From assembly GCA_964613185.1 (NCBI GenBank), contig CAZTIP010000002.1:15757-79756 (forward strand): DNA of 64,000 nucleotides, in the 5' to 3' direction. Every line of letters starts with the position of its first letter. The stretch's first letter is position 1. The notes beneath the pieces are model-generated. The model ran no database searches and was not told the origin of the DNA. It worked only from the letters and a program-made list of their open reading frames with translations. Positions 49,984 through 60,578 of the stretch are shown here, one piece after another. The DNA comes from Candidatus Woesearchaeota archaeon. GTDB lineage: Archaea; Nanobdellota; Nanobdellia; Pacearchaeales; GW2011-AR1. Position numbers and translations under genes: made by a program.

Positions 49984-52434
49984 TTGATGGGTGATAATTA
50001 TATTAAATGGCTTTCAAATCTTTCTAAAAAAGATATTCAGCTTGCTGGGGGGAAGGGCGCGAATTTAGGAGAAATTTTTAATGCAAAATTTCCGGTACCT
50101 CAGGCATTTATTGTAACTACAGATGCTTTTTTTAAATTTTTACAGGATGCAAAAATTAAGGATGATATTAGTGCAATTTTAAATAGGATTGATGTAGATA
50201 ATACTGAAGACCTTGCAAAAAAATCTGGAGAAATTAGAGAAATTATTAATTCTGCCGAAATGTCGGAAAATCTTCAGAAGGAAATTTTGGAAGCTTATGA
50301 CCATTTTAATGTTGATTTAGATGAACTTAAAGGTTCTCCAGGTGCTTTAGCAATTCTTAAATCTGCTCGAGAACCGATTTTTGTTTCTGTTCGCTCTTCT
50401 GCAACTGCTGAAGATTTGGAAGACTCTAGTTTTGCAGGACAACAAGAATCTTTTATTAATGTTAAGGGTAATCCGGAATTAATTGAAAAAATTAAAAGAT
50501 GTTTTTCTTCTATTTTTACAGCTAGATCTATTTATTATAGGAAGAAAAAAGGTTTTGAAGATTTGGTAGGAATTGCAGCAATTGTTCAGAAGATGGTTAA
50601 TTCAGATAAATCTGGAGTTATTTTTTCTAAGAACCCCGTCAATAATGATGAAAATGTTTTGATTGAAGCTGTTTTTGGCCAAGGAGAGGGAATTGTTTCT
50701 GGAAAAATTAAACCTGACCAACATACAATTTCGAGAGATCTTGAAATTATTGATGAAAAAATTTCAGATAAAAAAATTGCTATTATTCGGACTGCGGGTG
50801 GTCAAACTAAAACTATACAATTAACTCCTGAAAAATCTTCTGAACGTGTTTTGAAGACTTATGAGGTTAAACAACTTGCAGAATATGCAATTAAACTTGA
50901 GGACCATTATGAAAAACCTCAAGATATTGAATTTGCTGTTGAGGGAGAAAATATTTTTATTTTACAAACTCGTCCCATAACTACTTTGGAAAATAAAATT
51001 TCTGAAAAAGCTGATTTGGATGGACAAATTTTAACTGAAGGTTTTGCAGCTTCTCCAGGTGTTTCTTCGGGAATTGTTAAAATTATTAATTCTATGGATG
51101 ATTTAAATAAAATTAGGGATGGAGATATTTTAGTTACTACTATGACTAATCCTGACATGGTTGTTTCAATGAAAAAAGCTGCAGGAATTGTGACTTCTGA
51201 AGGAGGAGTTACTGCCCATGCTGCAATTGTCTCTCGTGAAATGGGAATTCCGGCAGTTGTTGGAACTGGAAATGCTCTTGAAGTTTTAAAGGAAGGGCAA
51301 GAAATTACCGTCGATGGATTTAATGGAAAAATATTTGCAGGCCATGCAGAAAATAAAAAAGTTGAAATCCTCCCCATTGTTGAAACTAAAACTAAGATAA
51401 AAGTTCTTGTTGATTTGCCTCAATTTGCTGAAAGAGCGGCTAAAACTAAAGCAGATGGAGTGGGTTTGGTTCGTCTCGAAGGTTTGATTTCTTCTGCAGG
51501 AAAACACCCCTTGAAGTATGAAGCTGAAGATAAGTTGGGAGATTATCAGAATATGCTTAAAGAAGGGCTTGGAAAAATTGCGGAGACATTTATTGGAAAA
51601 CCTATTTGGGTTCGTTCTTCGGATATTCGAAGTGATGAATATTCTAATTTGGAAGGAGCGCCTAAAGAAATAGAAAAAAATCCTATGTTGGGAAATCATG
51701 GAATTAGGTTTTCATTGAAACATCTAGAAATTTTGAAAGCAGAACTTGGTGCGATTAAAGAACTTGCAAGTAAAGGGCATAAATTTGGCGTGATGTTTCC
51801 TCAGATTATTTCTGTTGAAGAAATTAAAAAAACTAGAAAGATTTTTGATGAAATGAATATGGGTTCTGTTAAGTTTGGTGTAATGATTGAAACTCCTGCT
51901 TCTACAATTTTGATTAAAGATATTTGTGAAGAAGGTATAGATTTTATTTCTTTTGGGACTAATGATTTAACCCAATATACTTTGGCAATTGATAGGGGAA
52001 ATGAAGATGTTCAATATATTTATGATGAAATGAATTGGGCTGTTTTGAAACAAATTTCCAGAGTGATAAGGGAATGTAAAAAACAAAATGTTGAAACTTC
52101 TATTTGTGGACAGGCGGGTTCTAAAAAAGAAATGGTAGAGTTTTTAGTTAAACAAGGAATTGATTCTATTTCTGTAAATGCTGATGTCGCTAAAGAAATT
52201 TCGGAAGTTGTTTTAAAACTAGAAGGCGGTGAAAATTCTTTAGAAAATAAATTTGAATCTTCTGAAACTGAAAAAGAATCTTCTGAAACTGAAAAAATTA
52301 TTGAAGAAGATAGTTCTAAAATAGAAACTATTGATAATCGTGAATCTGTTGAAAAAGAAATAGATGAACGGGAAGGAATTGAACAAAAAAGAATTAATGA
52401 ACATCAAAATAATGATGTCAATATTTTTGATTAA
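49984..52434 (+). CDS. ppsA: Phosphoenolpyruvate synthase (pyruvate, water dikinase) with an acidic repetitive C-terminal tail
   Basis: PPDK N-terminal ATP-grasp (IQLAGGKGANLGEI). Phosphohistidine domain (TSEGGVTAHAAIVSREMGIPAVVG). PEP-utilising TIM barrel. The tail carries an ESSETEK tandem repeat. Confidence 0.85.
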   Translation: MMGDNYIKWLSNLSKKDIQLAGGKGANLGEIFNAKFPVPQAFIVTTDAFFKFLQDAKIKDDISAILNRIDVDNTEDLAKKSGEIREIINSAEMSENLQKEILEAYDHFNVDLDELKGSPGALAILKSAREPIFVSVRSSATAEDLEDSSFAGQQESFINVKGNPELIEKIKRCFSSIFTARSIYYRKKKGFEDLVGIAAIVQKMVNSDKSGVIFSKNPVNNDENVLIEAVFGQGEGIVSGKIKPDQHTISRDLEIIDEKISDKKIAIIRTAGGQTKTIQLTPEKSSERVLKTYEVKQLAEYAIKLEDHYEKPQDIEFAVEGENIFILQTRPITTLENKISEKADLDGQILTEGFAASPGVSSGIVKIINSMDDLNKIRDGDILVTTMTNPDMVVSMKKAAGIVTSEGGVTAHAAIVSREMGIPAVVGTGNALEVLKEGQEITVDGFNGKIFAGHAENKKVEILPIVETKTKIKVLVDLPQFAERAAKTKADGVGLVRLEGLISSAGKHPLKYEAEDKLGDYQNMLKEGLGKIAETFIGKPIWVRSSDIRSDEYSNLEGAPKEIEKNPMLGNHGIRFSLKHLEILKAELGAIKELASKGHKFGVMFPQIISVEEIKKTRKIFDEMNMGSVKFGVMIETPASTILIKDICEEGIDFISFGTNDLTQYTLAIDRGNEDVQYIYDEMNWAVLKQISRVIRECKKQNVETSICGQAGSKKEMVEFLVKQGIDSISVNADVAKEISEVVLKLEGGENSLENKFESSETEKESSETEKIIEEDSSKIETIDNRESVEKEIDEREGIEQKRINEHQNNDVNIFD

Positions 52435-52497
52435 TTGTTACTTCTTTAAAGATACAACGGGGGAAATATTTATAAACTGTTTATTGTTCTTTAAATT

Positions 52498-53376
52498 ATG
52501 AGTTTAGATGATGTGTTAAATAATTTGAGTGTGAAAGGTGAAAATGGTAGCATTGCTAATCCAGATTACAATTCTGTGAATTTATTAGAAGCCCAAAAAG
52601 ATTTGGCAAAATTAAGTTCTCTCGATATGAATACCATTGAAGGAATATCCTCTTATCAAATTTTAACAGGGGAAGATGTTTCGGCATATTCTGCTGATAT
52701 GATTGATTATAGAAAACAAAGTAGGATTTCTGGAGGTCAAAATGATATAGCTGTTTATATCCGAGAACATTTTGATAATTTAATTGACGAAATGGATGAA
52801 GATTCCCAAACAAAAATTGCTTATACTTTCTGTCCTAATCAGGATTCTCACGATAATCCTAATGATTATAATTTTACAAGAAATATAGTTTATGAGAGTA
52901 ATGAAATTTTAAAATCCATTAATGAAAATCCTGAAAATTTTCTTAATGAACATTTGAAAAATGAATCTTCTTTGATTGGAAGATATATTTCAAATTCTCC
53001 TGAAGAATTTCTTAAAATTTCTCAATCCGATGCTCAAAGGACTGCATTATTATCTATTAAGAAATATGGCGCAAGTGATTTCTTGAAAGAGAGTCATAGT
53101 ATCCTTGAAAATCAAAAAAATACTTATGCTTCTGAAGAAAGAAGAATAAGTGAAGAAATGAATACTAAGTTGAATGATAAGGCTGTTGAACTTGGAAGAG
53201 TTTTGAATGGACAAGAAAGGGCTGATTTAATTTCTTCAGATATTGAAAATCTTTCTGCATTAAGTGAAAGATATTCTGGAGCTCAACAACTTGGACAATT
53301 TACCAGGGAAGTTTTCCAATATGCCTTAGCAAATATTGAAAGAAATCTTGAAGAAAACTCTGAAGAAAATAATTAA
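52498..53376 (+). CDS. Hypothetical protein
   Basis: 292 aa with no recognised motif. A TATA-like tttataaac lies about 25 nt upstream. Confidence 0.3.
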   Translation: MSLDDVLNNLSVKGENGSIANPDYNSVNLLEAQKDLAKLSSLDMNTIEGISSYQILTGEDVSAYSADMIDYRKQSRISGGQNDIAVYIREHFDNLIDEMDEDSQTKIAYTFCPNQDSHDNPNDYNFTRNIVYESNEILKSINENPENFLNEHLKNESSLIGRYISNSPEEFLKISQSDAQRTALLSIKKYGASDFLKESHSILENQKNTYASEERRISEEMNTKLNDKAVELGRVLNGQERADLISSDIENLSALSERYSGAQQLGQFTREVFQYALANIERNLEENSEENN

Positions 53377-53377
53377 A

Positions 53378-54250
53378 TTATTTATTTGTTTTTTCTTCTA
53401 TTAATTCATCAACGAGTTTAGCCATTTTTCCTAAAAATTCATCTGCTTTACTAAACCATTCATCTAAATTTTTCCCAGTAACTTTGGTTATTTCTCCATG
53501 AGTTATATCTTTTGAAACTTTATGAATCTCGTCATAATATTTTACATATTTTTTATTTAATCGTCCTTTTTTTACAAAACTATTTGTTAAAACTTGTGAA
53601 ATTTCTTCAGGAGATGCAGGGGTTATTTTTGCAGTTATTAGTGCTGCGTGTGCTGAATCTACCATTGTCCAATATAATCCGTCAACTACAGCTAACATTG
53701 ATTGTCTTGCCCTTGTAAGATGTTGTGGAGCCCTTTGTAATAGTGTATAGATTGATTCTGGTGTCGATTTTATCTTTCCATTTTTTAATAATATTTTTAG
53801 TGGAGTGAAAAATCCTCCAAAGTCAACAACTGCGTCTCCATATCTTAAAATATTAATAACTACTGGATCTCCCCTCATCATATCACTCCACCAAGTTGTT
53901 AATTTTACGGTATTTATGTGCAAGGGTTTTATGTAAGGATTTTTTCTTATTAATTTTCCTAATTCTTCACGATACCATGCTATCAATTCTTGATTCCAAT
54001 TTATTGAAACGTCGTCAATTATAATTATAATATCTATATCTGATTCACTCGTTGCAGTTTGTTTGGTTGAAGAACCGAAAAGAATTACTGATTTAATCAT
54101 TTGATCAAATTCTTGATAAACTTTTGTTCCAAAATCTGTTGCAATTTCCCTTTCATTTGAAAATTTCATTGTTAATGGTTTTGAAATAATTTTATCCTTA
54201 GAATTTTTTTTATTTACAGAACTCTTACTTTTTTTTATTATTTTCACCAT
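53378..54250 (-). CDS. Minimal nucleotidyltransferase domain protein with a C-terminal helical (HEPN/KNTase-C-like) domain
   Basis: ILFGSSTKQTATSESDIDIIIIIDD is the NTase motif. Its C-terminal half is homologous to the middle of 44524..46392 (LLKNGKIKSTPESI versus LLRMGKIKPSPEAI). Confidence 0.55.
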   Translation of the reverse strand: MVKIIKKSKSSVNKKNSKDKIISKPLTMKFSNEREIATDFGTKVYQEFDQMIKSVILFGSSTKQTATSESDIDIIIIIDDVSINWNQELIAWYREELGKLIRKNPYIKPLHINTVKLTTWWSDMMRGDPVVINILRYGDAVVDFGGFFTPLKILLKNGKIKSTPESIYTLLQRAPQHLTRARQSMLAVVDGLYWTMVDSAHAALITAKITPASPEEISQVLTNSFVKKGRLNKKYVKYYDEIHKVSKDITHGEITKVTGKNLDEWFSKADEFLGKMAKLVDELIEEKTNK

Positions 54251-54287
54251 CTTGTTAATATTTGGGAATTATATTTTATAAAGGTTT

Positions 54288-56186
54288 TTAAGCCATTGGA
54301 GCTCCACCAAATCTAGATTGGTTTCCTGCCATTTGCCCGCCCAATTCCATCGGCATGGTTGTAAATCCTGAACCATACATGCTGTGATGTAATTCAGGAT
54401 TTGTTGTTCCGTAACCCCCAAAATAATTTCCTTGCATTGAAATTGATTCATTCCAATTTTGTCCTTCTCCAATCCCATAAGTTCCACTTCCAAAGGCGGT
54501 TAATGACAATGAGTGAGGAGATTTTTTAAAATGTTCTACGAATCCTCCTGCTTCTACAATCATTTTCATTTCCTTGATTTTTCCATGTTTTTCTAATTGT
54601 TCCATTACTTTTTTTATTGGAACATTCCCCATTCCAGGTGCTAAATGTGAATCTGAGAATCCGAAGTTATCTGTTACGTGAACATGTTTTACATAAGGCG
54701 CTATTTTTTTTGTTTGCTCTACAACATATTCTTCTCCAAAACCTTTACTCCTCGCCATATTTATATGCCCCATATCCCATGTAGCTCCAATTCTATCTGA
54801 AGAAATTTTTTTTGCCTCTTTTTCATTTACACCTTTTTTTTCAATAAGATATTTGCTAAATTCTTTTCTTGAATCTTCAATTAATTTTTTATGATCTTCT
54901 GCCCTTGAAAATCCTAATCCCTCAAAAATATTTTCTATTGCAATTGTTGGAGCCGTTTTTCCAAATTCGTCGTATGAACGTTTTGCTAAATTGCTAAATG
55001 TTTTTGTTGCTTCTTTCATTGCGAAATCAGATGCATTTACATAAATTTCTGGAGCTTTCTCCCGAGTTACATAATTTAATTCATTAATTGCATCTCCTAA
55101 AATCTTTTTTTTGTGTAATGGTTTTAAAATAAGTTGCCCTTTCCAGGGAGTTTTCTCATCTTTTAATTCTAAATTTTTCAAATTTTTGGAATATTTTTCT
55201 GAAAGTTCTTTTAATCTTTCTCTTTGGTTTTTATCTCCAAATTTATAAGCTTTATGAAACATTGAATCAAAATTTAATCTAACGTTATCTAGAAAGATAT
55301 CTGCATTGTGCATTTTTTTGTATCCTTCGATTTGTTGACTTGAAAGATCTGGCAATTCTTCTCCATTTTTTCTATCATAAATTTTTCCTCCTTCTCTGAT
55401 TTCTGCATTTTCCCAATCGATTTCTTTTCCTATTTCATCTTTTCTAAAATTTAGTGGCGAGTTTCCAATTATTTCATCTGCATGTTTTGAAAATGTGGCT
55501 AATTCGGTCATACTATTCTCCCATTCACTTGCATTAATAGATTCTAACTGTTCATTTAATCCAAATTTTTTCCCTTCTTCTTGAAGGCTTTCTGGCCGAT
55601 GGGCATAATATTTTTCTTTTACTTCTAAAGGTTTTAATGATTGATTTGTTTCTAAATTTATTACTGGAAGACTTGTAAGTTTATCTTTAGTTTTATCTTT
55701 TTCATCCGGAACATATCCTTTGCTATATCCTCCTGCATTTCCTGTATGAAATACTACTGGGAGATTATCTTTTGGATCTAAAATATGGGCTTTTTCTATT
55801 GCATCAAACATTCTCCTTTCGTTACTCGCCCTTTCATCTTCTCCTGCCCATCCTCCTTGCCCAAATCCTGCTGCGTCCATTAAAGGTCCATGTAAACTTG
55901 GTTTCACTCCAGTTAATTTCATTAAAGCTCTTATCTCGTGAAAATGTTGTTTTGGAAGTGCCTGATCTGCATCCTTCATTGCTGGACCAAGCATAGTTAC
56001 TTCGAAAACTTTTGTTCCTTGTTTGATTGCATTTATAGTTTCCCCTAATTGATTTCCTGTAAATGGGGAACCTGGAAAACCAATCTGAGATCCTGCTAAT
56101 CTGTTAAATCCAGTGTAGTTGCTGAATTCAGAATTGAGAAAACTGTCTCCCCCCTGATAAATAGATTCACTACTATAATCAACCAT
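54288..56186 (-). CDS. Xylose-isomerase-like TIM-barrel (sugar-phosphate isomerase/epimerase fold) protein with a ~200-aa charged insertion
   Basis: N-terminal half: EVTMLGP...HGP...VFHTG. C-terminal half: IAIENIFEG...WDMGHIN...HVHVTDNFG...HLAPGMGNVP. These are the usual hallmarks of the fold. Confidence 0.4.
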   Translation of the reverse strand: MVDYSSESIYQGGDSFLNSEFSNYTGFNRLAGSQIGFPGSPFTGNQLGETINAIKQGTKVFEVTMLGPAMKDADQALPKQHFHEIRALMKLTGVKPSLHGPLMDAAGFGQGGWAGEDERASNERRMFDAIEKAHILDPKDNLPVVFHTGNAGGYSKGYVPDEKDKTKDKLTSLPVINLETNQSLKPLEVKEKYYAHRPESLQEEGKKFGLNEQLESINASEWENSMTELATFSKHADEIIGNSPLNFRKDEIGKEIDWENAEIREGGKIYDRKNGEELPDLSSQQIEGYKKMHNADIFLDNVRLNFDSMFHKAYKFGDKNQRERLKELSEKYSKNLKNLELKDEKTPWKGQLILKPLHKKKILGDAINELNYVTREKAPEIYVNASDFAMKEATKTFSNLAKRSYDEFGKTAPTIAIENIFEGLGFSRAEDHKKLIEDSRKEFSKYLIEKKGVNEKEAKKISSDRIGATWDMGHINMARSKGFGEEYVVEQTKKIAPYVKHVHVTDNFGFSDSHLAPGMGNVPIKKVMEQLEKHGKIKEMKMIVEAGGFVEHFKKSPHSLSLTAFGSGTYGIGEGQNWNESISMQGNYFGGYGTTNPELHHSMYGSGFTTMPMELGGQMAGNQSRFGGAPMA

Positions 56187-56227
56187 CTTATAAAATATAA
56201 ATTAAATGATTATTTAAATTTAATGAG

Positions 56228-56806
56228 TTAACCAAATGTCGAACTTCCCGTGTACCTTTTATCATCTTCTTGTATTAATGCTGATTTTCCAAAACTTGAC
56301 ATTGATTTTTTTTCGAGATTGTTTTTTTCTTCAAAACTTTTTAATCTTCCTTCATTTCCATTTTCATTCCCTATGTTTCCTGCGTATGCTGGATCTTCTG
56401 AATTTTGAGAATACTGGATTCCTGAATTTGTAGAGTATGCATCACTTCCTGAATTTTTTCCCGAATATAAATCTCCATTTCTAGAAGTTTCATAATTTAC
56501 TTCTCGATTGTTTGTTTTATTTTCTTCGGATGTGTAAGTTGAAGAAATTGGATTATATTGATTTTCTTGAATATTATTTGAGATATTCTCGTTTTCATAA
56601 ATAGATTCTTCTAGATTTTTACTCTCCGATTCTTCAATTTCTTCTTCATTTTCATTAAATTCTTCTTTGGATTGAAGTTCTTCTTGAAAATTTTTTATTT
56701 CCTTAGGACCTTCCTCATTTTCATCTAAAACTTTTTCAAGATTTTTTTCCCCATCTTCTTCAATTTCTTCATCTAAATTTTCTTCAGATTTTTTATCTTT
56801 ATCCAT
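56228..56806 (-). CDS. Hypothetical acidic E/N-rich low-complexity protein
   Basis: 192 aa with strong compositional bias. Confidence 0.3.
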   Translation of the reverse strand: MDKDKKSEENLDEEIEEDGEKNLEKVLDENEEGPKEIKNFQEELQSKEEFNENEEEIEESESKNLEESIYENENISNNIQENQYNPISSTYTSEENKTNNREVNYETSRNGDLYSGKNSGSDAYSTNSGIQYSQNSEDPAYAGNIGNENGNEGRLKSFEEKNNLEKKSMSSFGKSALIQEDDKRYTGSSTFG

Positions 56807-56847
56807 TTAACTTTTAAGAAGATTAGATTTAAATATTTTCTGAATAA

Positions 56848-58335
56848 TTAATTCCTTTCTTGCCCCTTGAAGATGTCTTTAAATTTGGTTCCTGGTTCTT
56901 TTGTTTTTCCCAAATCTTGATTATCAAATGCGGTAGGTGATGAGGCCATTCCATGAGATTTTTTGTAGATATCATAAACAAGATAAATTCCTGAAGCCGC
57001 ATTCTCTGCACTCTCTGCCCTTACTACTTTTTCAATAAAATTATCGGGTTTAATTTCCAAAATATTTTTTATTTCTTCAGCTTTCTTTTTATCTCTTCCT
57101 TCAGATTTTTTAAATAATCCTAAAATTGCAGTGAATGGATTTATATCTTCTGTTTTTGTTTTTTTTGTTAATTCCTTTTTATCTTCTTCATTGTTTAGAA
57201 ATCTATCTAAATCTTCTTTTAAATCTTTTAATGCTTCTTCTGCGACATTTCCCTGATAATTCATGCTTTCCGCAACATCCTCTTTTTTTAATTCTTCTTC
57301 GATTAATTTTAATTCTTCTTCGTTTAAAGAGTATGCATCGAAAGTCATATCAATTCTTCCTCCCATTGCGAAACCTTGATCCCCTTTTTGTGTAACTCTT
57401 TGTGAAACGTGTCCCCGGTATTTTAATGTGATGAGCATACATGAATTGTATTTTCTTTTTAGATTGTAATCTCCGAATTTTTCTGGAACTTTTGCACCTT
57501 TTTTTGCTAAAAGAGTTAATTCAAACATAGATGTACTGAATGCATTTACTAGTGCCGAATCTCCTTCAAAACCTTTTTGTCTTAATTCTTCTGCAGATCT
57601 TAAATAAGGTTTCATCCATGCAGAATAAAGTTTTATTGTTTCAACCTGAGATTTTAAATAATTTTTTTCTATACTCATCCTTTTTCTTAATTCTTTTTCT
57701 GAATATTCCTTCCATTTTTTGAATTCGTTTATTCTTGGAATTAAAATTCGCATTACTTGTTCGTTTATTATTCCACCTCCATTATCGTCATTCATTTTTT
57801 TTAAAGATTCTCTTGAATCTGCCATCATAAAAGCTTCCCTAATTGTTGTAAATCCTAATTCTGTTGCCATTTGATGAATTGAACCTCTCCCCCTCTTTAA
57901 ATCTACATTATCTAACCAAATTTGTTTTAATGCCAAATTTCCATCTGAATTTTTTTGTTTATCTTCAGATTTTGCATCATTGTAAGATTCCAATCTTATT
58001 TCAAATTCTTTTAAATCATAAATTAAATTTAAAATTGATTTTATTATTTGATTTATGCCTCCTAAAATCTTCATCCCTTCTTCTTGCATTTTTGTTGCTC
58101 GTTGCCCCATTTCTGCAAAATGTCCGGAACCTGGGCTTGACATAAAATTATCAGTTATCTTGGTTGTTTTCCATCCCATATCTTGAATGAAATCTAAAAT
58201 CCAATAATAAATAGGTTCTAATTGTGCTTGTTGGGAATCAAAAGTCATTTTGTAAGATGCTGTTGGATCTCCCCAAATTCCGTTGGTTTTACTTTTTGAT
58301 AAGACTTCCTTAATCACCTTTTTTATTTCACTCAT
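56848..58335 (-). CDS. Hypothetical protein, 495 aa
   Basis: Long ORF with normal codon usage and no recognisable motif. Confidence 0.35.
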   Translation of the reverse strand: MSEIKKVIKEVLSKSKTNGIWGDPTASYKMTFDSQQAQLEPIYYWILDFIQDMGWKTTKITDNFMSSPGSGHFAEMGQRATKMQEEGMKILGGINQIIKSILNLIYDLKEFEIRLESYNDAKSEDKQKNSDGNLALKQIWLDNVDLKRGRGSIHQMATELGFTTIREAFMMADSRESLKKMNDDNGGGIINEQVMRILIPRINEFKKWKEYSEKELRKRMSIEKNYLKSQVETIKLYSAWMKPYLRSAEELRQKGFEGDSALVNAFSTSMFELTLLAKKGAKVPEKFGDYNLKRKYNSCMLITLKYRGHVSQRVTQKGDQGFAMGGRIDMTFDAYSLNEEELKLIEEELKKEDVAESMNYQGNVAEEALKDLKEDLDRFLNNEEDKKELTKKTKTEDINPFTAILGLFKKSEGRDKKKAEEIKNILEIKPDNFIEKVVRAESAENAASGIYLVYDIYKKSHGMASSPTAFDNQDLGKTKEPGTKFKDIFKGQERN

Positions 58336-58425
58336 ATTTTATATTGGGATTGAGAATATATAAACGTTTTTACGTTTTAGTTTTTTCTTGCAAATATTTA
58401 AATAAAGTGCCTCCTTATTTAATTT

Positions 58426-58827
58426 ATGATTTTCAAAAAGAAAGTTGGAATGGTAGATGTTAGGGAATTGCAAAAACGAGGTGTTGTCCGGATTCCTCGA
58501 AACGATATAGTTATTCCAAGAAGTTCTGATGGATTTGTTAATTTGAATCCAGATTCTAAAACTTCTTCTTCTGTTGTCGAGAGTAATTTATCTGGAAAAG
58601 ATTCTACTTGTGCAACTGATTTTTTAGGATTTACAGATTCTTCTAATCTTTCTTCCGATGATTCTTTTTCATCTTCTTCTGAAGGTTATGATAAAAGGGA
58701 AGTTGATTCTAAAATTTCAGATTTAGATAATAAGATTTACAAATTGGAACAAAGAATTGAACTTCTTGAAAGAAAATTAGATGTTAATCAACCTAACGAT
58801 AATAATGTTGGAGTTATGGGTTGGTAG
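58426..58827 (+). CDS. Hypothetical protein with a Ser-rich middle and a coiled-coil C-terminus
   Basis: 133 aa. Confidence 0.3.
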   Translation: MIFKKKVGMVDVRELQKRGVVRIPRNDIVIPRSSDGFVNLNPDSKTSSSVVESNLSGKDSTCATDFLGFTDSSNLSSDDSFSSSSEGYDKREVDSKISDLDNKIYKLEQRIELLERKLDVNQPNDNNVGVMGW

Positions 58828-58867
58828 TCTCCAATATATTTAAAACCACCAAACACTTATAGAATTT

Positions 58868-60562
58868 ATGGGGGATATATCTGAAAATGTTATAAGAGCT
58901 TATGCTCTTGAAAATGCTATAAAATATGGGGGTAAGGCAAATCAAGGAGCTGTATTGTCTGGATTATTTGCAGAGGGGCTTGAAAAATCTGAAGTTAAAA
59001 ATTTTATTCCCAAAATTCAAGAAATTTTGAAGGAAGTTAATTCTTTTAATTTAAATGAACAGAAAAAAAGATTTGAACTTCTAGAAAATAAAACAAGTAA
59101 ACGTGAAGTTCGTGAAGGTTTGCCTGAATTGAATGATGTTGAAAAAGGAAATGTAGTTATGCGATTTGCTCCTTTTCCCTCTGGCCCACTTCATATTGGA
59201 AATGCACGTCCTTTAATTTTAAATGATGAATATGTAAAAAAATATGATGGAAAATTAATTTTGGTTATGGATGATACTATTGGTTCCGAAGCAAAACCGA
59301 TTGAACCTGAAGCTTATAAGTTAATTGAAGAGGGAGTCAAATGGTTAGGTGTTGAATATGATGGAAAGATTATTTACAAATCAGACAGAATAGAAAAATA
59401 TTATGATTATGCTTATGAATTAATTAAGAAAGGTTATATGTATGTTTGTTCCTGTCCTCAAGAAAAAATTCGAGACTTAAGGATTAAGGGCGAGGAATGT
59501 TCTTGTCGTCAATTTCATTCTTCTGACAATTTAAAAAAATGGGGCGAAATGTTTGAGGCAGAAGAGGGTTCAATGGTGGTTAGATTAAAAACCTCAATGA
59601 GTGATCCCGACCCCGCATTTAGAGATAGGGTAATGTTTAGAATTTCAGATAGGCCTCATGCTCGTTTTGGAAAAAGATATAGGGTTTATCCTCTTTTGGA
59701 TTTTTCCTGGGCAATTGATGATCACTTTTTAGGGATTACCCATATTTTGAGAGGTATGGAACTTGCAATTGAAACTAGGGTTGAGAAATTTATTTGGGAC
59801 ATATTTAAATGGAAACATCCAGAAATTATTTACAATGGACATTTTGAAATTGAAGGTGTTAAAATTTCTAAATCTAAAGGTACAATTGAAGTTAAATCTG
59901 GAAAATATTCTGGGTGGAATGATCCTCGAACATGGTCAATACAATCTTTAAGAGATAGGGGATTTTCCCCAAAAGCTATTCGCCAATTTATTTTAAATAT
60001 GGGATTAAAAAAAACAAATATAAAAATTCCTGTAGATGTTCTTTATTCCTTAAATAAAAAAATGTTGAATGAATCTCCGAGATATTTCTTTGTTGAAAAA
60101 CCTGTAAAAATTAAGATTAATGGAAGTCCTCTCTTAAGTGTAGATATCCCTTTCCATCCTAATGGAAAAAGCGGGAGTAGAAAATTTAATACTTCTCAGG
60201 ATTTTCTGATTTCTGAAAATGATTATAATTTAATGGTTGATGGTGATTATCGTTTGACACATCTTTTTAATTTTAAATCGGATAAAATTCAGAGAATTAA
60301 GCCTCGCGAATTTTCTTTTTCAGATGAAGAATCTGAGAAAAATTTGAAAATCAAATTTATGCAGTGGCTTGTTTCAAATTCTAAAAATGTTAGGATTAAA
60401 ATTATGATGCCTAACGGTTCTTTTGTTAATGGGCTTGGAGAACCTAGTTTAAAGAATTTGAAACTTGGTTCAGTAATTTATTTTGAAAGAGTTGGTTTTG
60501 TTAAATTTCATAAGGTTGATAAAAGTAGTGGTGAAATGGAATTTTGGTTTGGACATTTTTAA
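58868..60562 (+). CDS. gltX: Glutamyl-tRNA synthetase (archaeal class I GluRS)
   Basis: HIGN (a HIGH variant) in FAPFPSGPLHIGNARP, and VKISKSKG (KMSKS). Confidence 0.85.
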   Translation: MGDISENVIRAYALENAIKYGGKANQGAVLSGLFAEGLEKSEVKNFIPKIQEILKEVNSFNLNEQKKRFELLENKTSKREVREGLPELNDVEKGNVVMRFAPFPSGPLHIGNARPLILNDEYVKKYDGKLILVMDDTIGSEAKPIEPEAYKLIEEGVKWLGVEYDGKIIYKSDRIEKYYDYAYELIKKGYMYVCSCPQEKIRDLRIKGEECSCRQFHSSDNLKKWGEMFEAEEGSMVVRLKTSMSDPDPAFRDRVMFRISDRPHARFGKRYRVYPLLDFSWAIDDHFLGITHILRGMELAIETRVEKFIWDIFKWKHPEIIYNGHFEIEGVKISKSKGTIEVKSGKYSGWNDPRTWSIQSLRDRGFSPKAIRQFILNMGLKKTNIKIPVDVLYSLNKKMLNESPRYFFVEKPVKIKINGSPLLSVDIPFHPNGKSGSRKFNTSQDFLISENDYNLMVDGDYRLTHLFNFKSDKIQRIKPREFSFSDEESEKNLKIKFMQWLVSNSKNVRIKIMMPNGSFVNGLGEPSLKNLKLGSVIYFERVGFVKFHKVDKSSGEMEFWFGHF

Positions 60563-60578
60563 CTAAAATTATAAGTAA

